Both the position numbers and the translations under genes were made by a program. The notes under the pieces were generated by a model. That model did not search any database. It was not told the origin of the DNA and saw only the letters and a program-made list of their open reading frames with translations. Of a stretch of 64,000 nucleotides of DNA, positions 10,424-20,727 are shown piece by piece (the stretch's first letter is position 1; the number at the start of each line of letters is the position of its first letter). The DNA is taken from NCBI GenBank assembly GCA_963663765.2, contig CAXXUA010000004.1:192001-256000 (forward strand). The letters run 5' to 3'. The stretch is from Candidatus Poribacteria bacterium. Its GTDB lineage: Bacteria > Poribacteria > WGA-4E > WGA-3G.

Positions 10424-10840
10424 TTACGCTCCCTGATTATGTCCAATCAACTGCCAAAGCAAAACTATGCCAATAACGATTAGGATTGTGACGTAAAAAG
10501 GTAGAAGTGTTTTAGAAAAAATGGATTTTAACCAATCCCATTTCTTCTTAAATGGAGTAGTGTTCATAGAGAAATCTATTTGATCTTCCTCGATTTCTCT
10601 AACGGTATCGTATAATCGCCGAAAGAGTCGTTCTTGGTTTAGATAGAAACCATCTAACGCCCAAAAAGAAAGGGTCGGAATCGCTGCTAACCAAACATAC
10701 ATCGGTTTGGAATCTTTTGTAGCAAATCCTAAAACGGCTGCAACGAAAATCACCGTCCATCCTTTTAAAAAAAAGGAACTATTCGCAAGTCGGTTGATGA
10801 CATTCTGAATCAGTTCTAAATGCTTTAGTTTTTTTACCAT
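10424..10840 (-). CDS. Small multi-pass membrane protein of a type found next to TIR genes (putative effector)
   Basis: HLELIQNVINRLANSSFFLKGW motif, three hydrophobic segments, 1 bp upstream of the TIR gene. Confidence 0.7.
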   Translation of the reverse strand: MVKKLKHLELIQNVINRLANSSFFLKGWTVIFVAAVLGFATKDSKPMYVWLAAIPTLSFWALDGFYLNQERLFRRLYDTVREIEEDQIDFSMNTTPFKKKWDWLKSIFSKTLLPFYVTILIVIGIVLLWQLIGHNQGA

Positions 10841-11081
10841 CAGGACATTTCACTCGCTCAGCAAGTGCCTCCCTTATGAATTTTTGTGAATTCTCACGAT
10901 GCATATTTGATATTAGGGTACTACATCAGAACGTAAGTGTCAAGAAAAATGAGGGATGGTTGTGTAAATATTTGTTAATTATCTGAATCACGGGTTACGC
11001 GGATTTTTGACATTGATTTACAAATTGTTTTCGTAGGATTAGCATACGGAGTGTGAGCGTTAGAGCCAAAACCCTCTTAAG

Positions 11082-12299
11082 CTACCTAAAAACTTCGTCA
11101 AGTCGCCAAACAAGTTTAAGTGCATCTGACCAACCTGTTTTGGCAAAAATATCTAATAGATTTAGCAAGCTGTTCAAACAATCTTCGTCGTCTCTAACCA
11201 CATCACGATGGTCAGCGAGGACAATCTCAACCAATTTCACAACATCCTGAACTGCCAGTGATTCAAGATTATAACCGAAACGTTCACTTGATTTTGCAAC
11301 ATCATCAGCTAAAATTATAACTCTCTTAGGATCGCAATTGAGAAAATTGGTTAATAGTTGCATGAAATCGTGTGCTGTCGGTGCAAACATAAGTCCGTTT
11401 TCGCTATCATTTGCGAAATCCACTATCTGTTGCATCAATGGATAGACTTCATTGAAAATAAGACAATGTATGTCTTTATCTTCATTTTCTTGAGGAGGTC
11501 TGCTAACATTATTATTATTATGTGGGAATGTAAAGTAAAGACTTGAAATAATTTGGTCGAGAACTGCGTAAGTATTTCGTAATTCTTGTTCAACTTTTTC
11601 TGTTCTCTGTTCCTTAAACGTAGAACCTAACTCATTCATTGCAGGAATAGTTGCTGTAGCTATTTTCTTGAGTAGGATAATTGCACGTTTTAGATTCTCT
11701 TGAAAATCTGTATCTTGAGCACGTCTTGGATCAATATAACCCTTTATAATCTTTGTTACAAAACGAGTAAGGAGATTGGCATATCTAATAGGATCTCTCA
11801 AGAATTCTTCATCAATTGTGTTTAATGCCCATTGATTTTGACGTACAATTGCTAAACCCATTATAAGAAAACTAAACGGATCAACTGTACCCATTTTTTG
11901 TTCTGGTAGAGTAGTTTTCTCTAGAATTTTAGTCATAACCTGCACTGTATTTTCGTCATTCTCCTTTGTTGGTCGTAATACATAGGATAATGCAGAATAA
12001 AGACATTCTTGAACAATGAGATTACTTTCATTTTCGGCTCTCTCATTAATAATTTGCCAGAATCTATCAGGTTTTTTATTATAGATATTTGGTAGATGCA
12101 TTGCAGTAATCATTCGAACAGATGGAACTTTATCGGCAGCTAGCTTTTCAATTATAGATAGTATTTCCAGATCAGGTTTGTAGATACATATTTTTAGTAA
12201 TCCTTCAGCAGCATAGTGTCGTGGTTGTGAAGAATATCCTGGAAATTCGAAATTTTCATTGTTTTCTTGATCAGGATCAGGTAGATTATGAGTTGCCCC
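11082..12299 (-). pseudogene. C-terminal fragment of a large helical-repeat protein (possibly Avs/STAND-type antiphage ATPase), truncated at a MITE
   Basis: Frame stays open upstream of the called ATG (GATHNLPDPD...YAAEGLLKIC...DKVPSVRM) up to the MITE E end; terminus LLDIFAKTGWSDALKLVWRLDEVFR recalls Avs2-like proteins (from memory, unverified). Confidence 0.55.
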
Positions 12300-12443
12300 A
12301 TAAGCGTCAATTTAAGGATTTTCACCTCTTGTGGGAGGGGTTTTCAACCCCGAATTTATGCGCTTTTCCTCTCAAATCAAGGTTGAAAAACCCTCCCACA
12401 AGAAAAATGACAACAATATTTTCTTAAATTGACGCCTATGGGG
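12296..12443. mobile_element. MITE family E copy (TIR ATARGCGTCAATTTAAG)
   Basis: CCCCATAAGCGTCAATTTAAG...CTTAAATTGACGCCTATGGGG; related copies at ~39995, ~56457 (half) and ~57304. Confidence 0.8.
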
Positions 12444-12519
12444 CTGGGTTATCCAGCCCCTACGTGCCCCGCCGCACGTGCAAATAATTACGGATTTTAC
12501 TATAATATCAACCATACTC

Positions 12520-12670
12520 TTCAGTCCCGTAGAGACGATATGTTTATTCTTCTATGTCGTTCCTACGGAACTCAAGAGAGGGTGATTACGCCTTTCTATA
12601 AACATATCGTCCCTACGGGACTAAAGAGAACAAAAGTTTGTACCTCTGTGCAAAAACTTTACACACCCTT
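12520..12670. repeat. REP doublet (GTCCCGTAG.GAC / GTCCCTACGGGAC) plus a MITE D right end
   Basis: Palindromic pair as in MITEs B and C; ends ACTTTACACACCC. Confidence 0.6.
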
Positions 12671-12725
12671 GTATTCTACTACATGTAGTAAAGTAAATTA
12701 TTACACGAATTCATAGTAAATAAGC

Positions 12726-12807
12726 GGTGGCACGTGGACGTGACAATCCATGTGTGCTTTTTTTTTCGGTGGCATGCATGGTAAAATCCATGCATGCCAT
12801 TTTTTTT
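12726..12807 (+). terminator. Two tandem intrinsic-terminator-like hairpins
   Basis: GCACGTGGA...TCCATGTGTGC + T-tract, then TGGCATGCATGG...CCATGCATGCCA + T-tract. Confidence 0.6.
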
Positions 12808-13431
12808 AAGGAGAACGAACAATGAAGTAAAAACGCCCACGTATCACAGAAGAATTAGAACTGCTTTGCGTCACACTTGTCGCATAATTAGGCGATACAC
12901 AACAAGCAATAGCAGAAGTCAATAGACAGATGCTAATTCATCTATTGTAAATTATGGAATTAATTACACACTTGTACAGGTAGGAACGACCTCCTGGTCG
13001 CGACCGTATGGAGACCATGTATCAAAACAGTCGTGACCAGGAGGTCGCTCCTACCAAAGAAAAGAATTGGATACTTACATGACAGCTAATATGGTAAATT
13101 GTAGAAATGTAAACTTATTTTCAAATTTCACCATAAAATAAAAAATATGATACCTACGGTCTATCACCTGATGATCTAAAAGACAGAGATTGGTGTAAAA
13201 GAGCATTCAGAGATGCAAACCCGAACTATCCAAAATACTGTCCACCAGATTCTAAATATTTCAATACATTGAAGAGCAGAAGACGTTTTTAGCAGGATGT
13301 GTATAGAAAAACGTTGAATACCCTATCTTTAGTTCAATAGGGACGAGATGTGTATAGAACAATCTCAAAATGTGAAAAAATAATGCAAACAAGTAGTTAA
13401 CTTACACAACTCGTTATTGTGTAAATACTGA

Positions 13432-13746
13432 CTATTCCAAATCGGTTTGAATTTTTATCTCTTCATCTTCAACGATAACGGGATAGGTTCTAATTCGCAA
13501 CCGAGGATCCGTCAGACATTCACCAGTCTCTGTATTGTAGATATATCCATGCACCGGACAAACAACCGTTCCATTCCGTATCCGTCCACGTCCGAGTGAA
13601 CCCATTGCATGCGGACATGTGTTGTCTACCGCACAGAACTTGCCGTTTTCATTCAGAACTGCAATTCGTCTTCCATTGACTGTAAATGATTTTCCGCGTC
13701 CCTCTTTAATAGAAGATGTTTTTGTCACTGGTGTCCATTCAGACAT
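13432..13746 (-). CDS. Rieske [2Fe-2S] ferredoxin
   Basis: CPH...CPVHG Rieske motif. Confidence 0.9.
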   Translation of the reverse strand: MSEWTPVTKTSSIKEGRGKSFTVNGRRIAVLNENGKFCAVDNTCPHAMGSLGRGRIRNGTVVCPVHGYIYNTETGECLTDPRLRIRTYPVIVEDEEIKIQTDLE

Positions 13747-13751
13747 AGTTA

Positions 13752-15455
13752 TTACTCCTTTACACTTCCAAGTGTAATTCCTTGAACAAACTCGCGTTGC
13801 ATTGCTAAAAACAGAATGACAATAGGTAATAAAGATAGCAATGTACCTGCCATCAACATTCCGTATTCTTGTCGATATATGCCGACAAGATTTGCTAATC
13901 CGATAGGTAATGTGTATTTTGCTTCATCTCTTAGGATGATGAGGGGCCAGAGATACCCGTTCCACGAACTCAAAAAAGAATAAATAGTTAACGCGCCCAG
14001 TGCTGGCTTGATGATAGGTAGCACAATTCGGTAATAGATTCCGAATTCAGAACACCCGTCAATTCGTGCTGCGTCAAGTAACTCTGATGGTATCGTCACA
14101 ATGAATTGTCGCATCAGAAATACGCCAAACGCGCCAACAGCAAAGGGGATAATGATCGCTTTGTAGCTATTTAGCCAACCGATGTCATACATCAATCCGA
14201 ACAGAGGCACAAGCAAGACCTGAAATGGTACCATCATAGACGCAAGCAGGATACTGAAAAGAACAGTTTTACCGCGAAACTGATATTTTGCAAATCCATA
14301 TCCAGCGAGTGAACAGAAAAACAGCGTGAGAAGCGTTGAGGCAGTTGCTATGAAAACGCTATTTATAAAATAACGGTTATACGGAACTGCATTCCATAAA
14401 TTTCTATAGTTTGATGTAAGTTTGTACCAAACTATAGAAAGATAAGATGGACGGTGAATTGTTAGTTGTAGATTTATGTTGTGTTCACTACCGGGGGGTG
14501 GAGCAACGCTTTTTATCAAGTCTTGCTTTTCAACATATTGCTGCATCGGAATGTGTTCTGCCTCTAATTCACTTGGATCACCCTTTAGTCGCCAAATAAT
14601 ATCTTTCTTCAAATCAGTACCAAGAATAAAAGGATGCTCTGGTTGATATGTTGTTCCGATAGTTGATACAGATAGTGAGAGATGATGGTATGACGCATCA
14701 CCACGCACTGGTAATACAATACTTCTGATGTTATATATTGGAATGGATGACTGGACCTTTGCTGTCAGGTTGATTTGATTACTGTCTTGAAAAGTGTAAG
14801 TTAGACCAGTAATCGTAGAAGCATCGGTGTTATGCTGAATTGGTGTAATTGTTGCTGAATCAGATTCCCAATCTACGGATTCTACTTTGGTTTTTTTGAA
14901 ATCTGTGTCTTCAATTTCTATTGTACCAACTGTGACCTGTTTATATATGTTTTTCCAAATAGTTTCAATTGTTTCAGTGATTATAGCATTTTCAACTGTG
15001 TTTAGGATACTCTCATTATTAGCATTCCAAACTTCTGTTGGTAATGTTGCGATGTGTTGTTGCCAAATGCCTTGAACCGTTTCTGTTTGTAAGTCCTCTG
15101 ACAGATTGGTGGATGCAAGTTGTGGGTTTGCTGCGATATGTTCACGTGCTTTTTTCCATATTACATTTTCTAATTCAGGTTTAATCGTTTCCCATGCATC
15201 TTTATTAACTGATGCTGGTTTTGTAATATCTGGGTAAAGGTCGGTGACGACATAAGGCGATGATGTTATGCGTGACGGTAATTTAGGAAGCCATTTAATT
15301 GGTACTGCAAAAACCTCATTTGCGGTTTTGAATGAGGAACTTATTAGCCATAGCAGTGGTACCATTGTACAAAACGCGGCAGCAAGAAGTAGAGGATAAC
15401 CAATACCGATAGCGATTTTTCTTTGAACATTCTTGTGTTTATTATTACGGTTCAT
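13752..15455 (-). CDS. Carbohydrate ABC transporter permease (MalG-like) with a large extracytoplasmic insertion
   Basis: PLLWLISSSFK N-terminus; IPSELLDAARIDGCS EAA loop; ~300-aa soluble insert between TM1 and the core. Confidence 0.85.
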   Translation of the reverse strand: MNRNNKHKNVQRKIAIGIGYPLLLAAAFCTMVPLLWLISSSFKTANEVFAVPIKWLPKLPSRITSSPYVVTDLYPDITKPASVNKDAWETIKPELENVIWKKAREHIAANPQLASTNLSEDLQTETVQGIWQQHIATLPTEVWNANNESILNTVENAIITETIETIWKNIYKQVTVGTIEIEDTDFKKTKVESVDWESDSATITPIQHNTDASTITGLTYTFQDSNQINLTAKVQSSIPIYNIRSIVLPVRGDASYHHLSLSVSTIGTTYQPEHPFILGTDLKKDIIWRLKGDPSELEAEHIPMQQYVEKQDLIKSVAPPPGSEHNINLQLTIHRPSYLSIVWYKLTSNYRNLWNAVPYNRYFINSVFIATASTLLTLFFCSLAGYGFAKYQFRGKTVLFSILLASMMVPFQVLLVPLFGLMYDIGWLNSYKAIIIPFAVGAFGVFLMRQFIVTIPSELLDAARIDGCSEFGIYYRIVLPIIKPALGALTIYSFLSSWNGYLWPLIILRDEAKYTLPIGLANLVGIYRQEYGMLMAGTLLSLLPIVILFLAMQREFVQGITLGSVKE

Positions 15456-15459
15456 CTGT

Positions 15460-16332
15460 TTACTTTTCTAAATCGTAAAACTCTATGGTATTTGCACGTT
15501 GCATATCATCTTGATATTTGAAGACACAACCCAGAGTTTCAGCAATGGTATCTGCATCCAAATGTGCTTTCCCAAGTGCTAAAATAGCTAAACCCCAATC
15601 TAATGTTTCAGCAATTCCGGGTTTCTTATAGAAATCACCTTCTCGCCATAGCTGCATCATCTGACACAATTGCCGTGCAAGATTTTCGTTGATCTGAGGT
15701 AACTTTGTTTGAATAATTGCTAATTCCTTTTCTACAGTTGGATAATCAATCCATTGATAGAGACAACGTCTTTTGAGTGCTTCATGAACATCACGTGTTC
15801 GGTTTGATGTAAGCACAACATACGGGATTTGCTTTGCTCGTATCGTGCCAATTTCGGGTATAGTAATCTGGAAATCAGATAGTATCTCAAGTAAAAATGC
15901 TTCAAATTCACTATCGCTCCGATCAATTTCATCTATAAGTAGTACGGGTGGAACATTTCCGTCCTCTTGTATTGCTTCAAGGAGTGGTCGCTTGAGTAGG
16001 AATTTCTCACTAAATAGGTCTGATCCTATTTTTTCTTTATCGCGTCCTTGAGCTTCGTCAATCCGCAGTTGCAGTATTTGTCGAGAGTAATTCCATTCAT
16101 ATAATGCACTATGGACATCTAATCCTTCATAACACTGTAGCCGAATCAGTCTTGCACTTGTTGCATCAGCAAGAACTTTTGCAACCTCAGTTTTTCCAAC
16201 ACCTGGTTCACCTTCTAAAAAGATGGGTTTTTTGAGATGATGTGCAAGATACAAGGTTGTTGCTAATCCTTTATCTGCAATGTATCCTTGTTTTTCACAG
16301 GTTAATTGGACATTTTCTATTGATTCAAACAT
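15460..16332 (-). CDS. MoxR/CoxD-type AAA+ ATPase
   Basis: LEGEPGVGKT, RLQCYEGLD, LLIDEIDR, LTSNRTR, ALKRRC, KKPGIAETLDW. Confidence 0.9.
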   Translation of the reverse strand: MFESIENVQLTCEKQGYIADKGLATTLYLAHHLKKPIFLEGEPGVGKTEVAKVLADATSARLIRLQCYEGLDVHSALYEWNYSRQILQLRIDEAQGRDKEKIGSDLFSEKFLLKRPLLEAIQEDGNVPPVLLIDEIDRSDSEFEAFLLEILSDFQITIPEIGTIRAKQIPYVVLTSNRTRDVHEALKRRCLYQWIDYPTVEKELAIIQTKLPQINENLARQLCQMMQLWREGDFYKKPGIAETLDWGLAILALGKAHLDADTIAETLGCVFKYQDDMQRANTIEFYDLEK

Positions 16333-16652
16333 ATTGTTAGTGTGTGATTAATCGACAATTGAATGCGTGCGATTGGGTATCCTGTCCTTATCGTGGAATA
16401 TTTTAGTTATTTTTTTGTTGTGTATTTTTGTATTTGATTTGTTAACTATTTTTTTGTTCTTTTTGCTCTGTCTGTGATTTTTTTGCTCATTGTTTGCATC
16501 AGACTAAAAGTTTGGATTTTATTTGTGTTTATGGGTAATATTATACCTTATGGCAGTGTAGGTTTGTTATGCTTATTGTTATGAGAACAATAGAAATCAT
16601 GTATAATCTATTGTGATTCTATTGTTGAATTGAATGTCTGTGGATATTTCCT

Positions 16653-16874
16653 CAGGGTTATGCAGTTTTCAATATTTTTGATAATATTTTGCTATGTCGT
16701 TAATTTTATCTGATACCATCTTGTCCAGTTCTTTAGTCCCTACGGAACTAAAGAGCGATGTTCATGTTTCAATAATCTAAAATTGATGTATAAAGTTCGG
16801 TTCGGAAACCGAACCTGGGTATTAACGTTCAGTAAATCTCAATAACAGAAAACTCTTAAAACTGAATATCCCTG
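16653..16874. mobile_element. MITE family C copy (internally deleted)
   Basis: CAGGGTTATGCAGTTTT...AAAACTGAATATCCCTG; body matches 5852-6210. Confidence 0.8.
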
Positions 16875-16887
16875 ATATCTCTTGTTT

Positions 16888-17520
16888 TTATTTGAATTCT
16901 TTGATGGCTTTTTTATAATCTTCCATGTAATCAATGTCGCGGAGGACGTCGTCAGTGTCTACATTTACATAGTAAATATCATCACTGTAGGAAGCATACA
17001 AATCTCGGACTCCACCACTATTAGCATCTAATGCTAATATCTTCCCTACGTAGTTGCTGTTGAAGATGACAGGATGTCCGCGACGATTGTTATAACTTGG
17101 TAGAACAATACCTTTATTTGTTCTTGTATAAGCATCAATCACGCCGTTTATGAGTCTATGTGTGATAAAGGGTTGGTCAACTAACATAAGTGAAAATGCG
17201 TCTCTATTAGATTCATTCTTTGCGTTCACAAGGTCTAAAAATCTGATCCCCTCCTGTGCTGAGGTTAACATACCATCCCGGTAATCTGGATTGAAAACGG
17301 TCTTGACTGATCGTTCACCTAATACCTGCTTGATTTGGTCGGCACAATGCCCAACAACTACAATAACCTTACTGAATTTAGCTTTGAGCATATTGTCAAC
17401 CACTGTCTCAACGATTGTGCTTTTACCGAAAGGGAGTAACTGTTTCGGTTGTCCCATCCGAGTTGAAAGTCCTGCAGCGAGTAGTATGCCATGAATATGG
17501 GGTGCGGATGTATCAGTCAT
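16888..17520 (-). CDS. Molybdenum cofactor cytidylyltransferase-like nucleotidyltransferase (MocA family)
   Basis: LLAAGLSTRMGQPKQLL, LVDQP, RGHPVIF, DIDYMEDY. Confidence 0.85.
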   Translation of the reverse strand: MTDTSAPHIHGILLAAGLSTRMGQPKQLLPFGKSTIVETVVDNMLKAKFSKVIVVVGHCADQIKQVLGERSVKTVFNPDYRDGMLTSAQEGIRFLDLVNAKNESNRDAFSLMLVDQPFITHRLINGVIDAYTRTNKGIVLPSYNNRRGHPVIFNSNYVGKILALDANSGGVRDLYASYSDDIYYVNVDTDDVLRDIDYMEDYKKAIKEFK

Positions 17521-17521
17521 C

Positions 17522-18481
17522 TCAAAACCGGACATCAAAAGACTTATAATCACCAGTCAACTCGCGTTCTTCTATATCAACATCATCAACTCTTGAAGCG
17601 CGGGGACCCTGTTCAAGTTTTTCTATCAATAGGTCTAAATGTAATAAATCACCTTCAGCCACAACTTCTACTTTTCCATTTGCTAAATTCTTTGCGTAGC
17701 CATTAACACCAAGTTGTTTTGCGTTAATTCGTGTAAAATTGCGAAATCCTACACCTTGTACCTTACCACTTATTAATATATAGAGCTGCATTTTTCGGTT
17801 TTCCTCGATCACGAATGTGACGGGTGTACCCAATTCTGGTAGCAAATCGTCATTCTTTTTATATAAGTTTTCTTCAACAGACTCTGGGAGCGGGTTTTGA
17901 AATAGTGCTGATCCATCGGTCTGCTTCAACGCAACAATATGGTTTGACATAAAGGCATACGGGATCACTGCATTCTCATCATCACTATCTAAATCGGGGA
18001 TGACTCGTGACCCTGAATATATCCACGCAACGGGTGGCATAGGTTTTTTAGTTTTGACATTATATATCAATTCTTCTGCTCGTATCTTCTTCGTTTTTCC
18101 ATTCTCTTTCCATTCAATTGAAAGCAGAAATGTTGTACCTGTAGGTGGGATATGTTTTTCATTTTCATCATCATAACCAGGTGGGGTGCCAGTCTTTATA
18201 GCGAGTAATTCAATTGCTTCATAAACATCTTTAGCAGACGCTTCAGTCTCCAGGATACTTTCGTATAGCTTACCTGTTGGTCCACAAGCGAGATATTCAA
18301 TTGCACCTTTTAAGGTGTCTTCGAATTCTCCCAATGCCTTAGAGATAGTGCCTTTTAATACTATTGCTTTTTCTTCTTCTATAATCTTTAGATGACCATC
18401 TGTCAATGCTATCGGTGTGATTGAGATGATAAACAGACCGGTACATATAATTATTGCTAATGCGACACAGAGATATTTCAT
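17522..18481 (-). CDS. Exported YdjY-like domain fused to C-terminal acylphosphatase
   Basis: Signal peptide; IEYLACGPTGKLYESIL; C-terminal ISGKVQGVGFR...GYAKNLANGKVEVVAEG...GPRASRV. Confidence 0.75.
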   Translation of the reverse strand: MKYLCVALAIIICTGLFIISITPIALTDGHLKIIEEEKAIVLKGTISKALGEFEDTLKGAIEYLACGPTGKLYESILETEASAKDVYEAIELLAIKTGTPPGYDDENEKHIPPTGTTFLLSIEWKENGKTKKIRAEELIYNVKTKKPMPPVAWIYSGSRVIPDLDSDDENAVIPYAFMSNHIVALKQTDGSALFQNPLPESVEENLYKKNDDLLPELGTPVTFVIEENRKMQLYILISGKVQGVGFRNFTRINAKQLGVNGYAKNLANGKVEVVAEGDLLHLDLLIEKLEQGPRASRVDDVDIEERELTGDYKSFDVRF

Positions 18482-18512
18482 AAACAAACTCCTTGATATT
18501 GATAACTTGTTA

Positions 18513-19340
18513 TCAGAAAGTATAACTTAACCCGTTAAATATTTCCAGATCATGTTTCTGAATTCCTGTTGGTGGTTCGTTATCATAACGAAAATTTACA
18601 CTTAGCGGCACCCCCAACTTCGGTGTGATATTAAATTTAATGTTACCTTCAAACAGAATACGATAATCATGAATATTTCTCAAATGTGTCTGATAATATG
18701 CTGTTGCGCTGGTGGTAATACGATTTTCAATCTGAGCAGACCAATTGATATAATTTGTTGATCTCACTAATTGCGTTATTATTTCACCTACTGTATTGTC
18801 ATCTATTCGTTCGTGTTCATACATTACACCCGTTCCCATGTAGATAAAGATCTGCGATTTGGGTATTGGTACAGCATAACGGAGACCTACACCAACCAAA
18901 TTTCTGTCATTCAGTGAAATAGATTCATTGAACTGCTTTTGTGCGAATGTTTCTACCATAATATCATTTGCAAGAACTCGGATAAAACGTCCGTGTGTCA
19001 TTGCTTTGTTTGTATAGAACTCACCATCTTTTCGTCCTTGCTGAAGACTACCAAAAATAAAAGTATGGTATGCTTCAGTGATGTAATCGGAACGAAATCG
19101 TGTTCTTAGGGTGAGAATGTCTGTGTTGCCAGTTCGATATGTTATATCAAGATTTATTCTATTGTACATACCGGGATCCGTCTGCAGTTTTTTCATAGTG
19201 TCACCAGTAAAAATATTGACTTGTGCTTTTAGGGGCAAACATACACTAAAGAAAAGGGAAATGAAGAAAACGGGTCTTAGTGTATAGATAATTGGACAAA
19301 AATGTCGTTTATAGGTAGAATTGTGTTGTATTTTCAGCAT
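18513..19340 (-). CDS. DUF481-type outer-membrane beta-barrel protein
   Basis: Alternating beta-strand pattern, RYDNEPP motif, terminal LSYTF; start uncertain. Confidence 0.7.
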   Translation of the reverse strand: MLKIQHNSTYKRHFCPIIYTLRPVFFISLFFSVCLPLKAQVNIFTGDTMKKLQTDPGMYNRINLDITYRTGNTDILTLRTRFRSDYITEAYHTFIFGSLQQGRKDGEFYTNKAMTHGRFIRVLANDIMVETFAQKQFNESISLNDRNLVGVGLRYAVPIPKSQIFIYMGTGVMYEHERIDDNTVGEIITQLVRSTNYINWSAQIENRITTSATAYYQTHLRNIHDYRILFEGNIKFNITPKLGVPLSVNFRYDNEPPTGIQKHDLEIFNGLSYTF

Positions 19341-19362
19341 AAAAGGAAACGGATTATTTGAC

Positions 19363-20328
19363 ATGCAGCGAATTCTAATTGACACAGACCCAGGAGTAGA
19401 CGATGCACTTGCGCTTCTGCTTGCGCTGAAATCACCAGAATTGCATGTAGAAGCGATAACAACCGTTAGCGGTAACGTGCATGTTGAGCAAGCGACGCAG
19501 AATCTACTTACCATTTTAGGTTTGCTGGCTATACCTGATTATCCCATTATTGCTAAAGGAGAGGCAGAACCGCTTGTTAAACCTCTCGTGAAAGCAGAAC
19601 ATGTTCATGGCGAAGATGGTTTAGGTAATATCAGTAAACTCCAAAATCCAGACGGTAGTCCGTTATATACTCCCGCAAATTGTGAGATTTCAAGCATGTC
19701 GGGTGTTGCCCTCATACTTGAGACTGTAGAACGTTTTCCCAATGAGTTGGTGGTAGTGGCACTGGGTCCCTTAACAAACATATCAAAAGCAATCCAAAAA
19801 GATGCGAATCTGATGCAGAAACTGCATAGCATTGTTTTGATGGGTGGGGTCTTTAGCGAATACGGCAACGTTACGACAACAGCGGAATTCAACGTCTATG
19901 TTGATCCGCACGCAGCCCATGAAGTTTTCAATTCAGGTGTACCAATTCACATTGCACCGTTGGATGTTACACATCAAGTGAAGTTAACTGGTGAAAGACT
20001 TGAAACGGAAATTGAAGCACGAAACGATAAAATATCCAGTTTTCTTAAGGACTCGACGCAAACTTGCATGGAGTTTTATCGTGAAAATGTAGGTTTTTAC
20101 GGTTTGCATATCCACGATGCTTTACCTATCGGAATGTTGACGCATCCACATTTTTTTCATAGTGTGCCAGCTTTTGTGCAAGTTGAAACCGAAGGACATC
20201 TAACGAGTGGCATGACAGTTGCTGACTTGCGACAAACTCCTCATGCTTCTATACCAAATGCAAGCATTTATACTGAAGTAGATGCAGAAGCATTTCTAAA
20301 CCACTTTTTTCAACGAATATTTTCATAA
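19363..20328 (+). CDS. Inosine/uridine-preferring nucleoside hydrolase
   Basis: DTDPGVDDA, VHGEDGLG, LGPLTN, AEFNVYVDPHAA, HDA. Confidence 0.92.
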   Translation: MQRILIDTDPGVDDALALLLALKSPELHVEAITTVSGNVHVEQATQNLLTILGLLAIPDYPIIAKGEAEPLVKPLVKAEHVHGEDGLGNISKLQNPDGSPLYTPANCEISSMSGVALILETVERFPNELVVVALGPLTNISKAIQKDANLMQKLHSIVLMGGVFSEYGNVTTTAEFNVYVDPHAAHEVFNSGVPIHIAPLDVTHQVKLTGERLETEIEARNDKISSFLKDSTQTCMEFYRENVGFYGLHIHDALPIGMLTHPHFFHSVPAFVQVETEGHLTSGMTVADLRQTPHASIPNASIYTEVDAEAFLNHFFQRIFS

Positions 20329-20718
20329 CAGGACTTACGCAGTTTTCATGATCCAATCAAGAATTAAGACGAAAACGATGTAATTTTCACGACTTGTGCC
20401 AGTTAACCAATTGTTTTTATAGTTATCACATATATTAGGTTTATAATGCACACATATCGTCCCTACGGGACTAAAGAGGTTGTACTATGACGTTTTTCTA
20501 TAAACATATCGTCCCTACGGGACTGAAGATCGTTTCAAACTATGAAGGACACCTGTAAAACGTCATGTTTATGTGAAACAATGATTAACATATAGTTATT
20601 TAGCACAACTCGTAATTTTCAGCATTTTTTAGGTTTTCGGCGCGCTTACAAAGCACCAAATCAACGGTATGAATGCCGTTTAGGCATTCCCCGCCTACCG
20701 TTGGGTGCGTAAGTTTTG
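20329..20718. mobile_element. MITE A copy with nested MITE B (20390-20612)
   Basis: MITE A TSD CATAA; inner element CGACTTGTGC...GCACAACTCG flanked by 9-bp duplication TAATTTTCA. Confidence 0.88.
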
Positions 20719-20727
20719 CATAAACAA

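Noticed and set aside
15460-17520. Complete CO dehydrogenase (cox) cluster
   Set aside because: Only CoxD-like and MocA-like accessory genes are present; no coxLMS or vWA partner in the window
18513-19514. Long overlap between the DUF481 ORF and the nucleoside hydrolase
   Set aside because: Artefact of longest-ORF start choice; plausible starts (~19340 and 19363) remove the overlap
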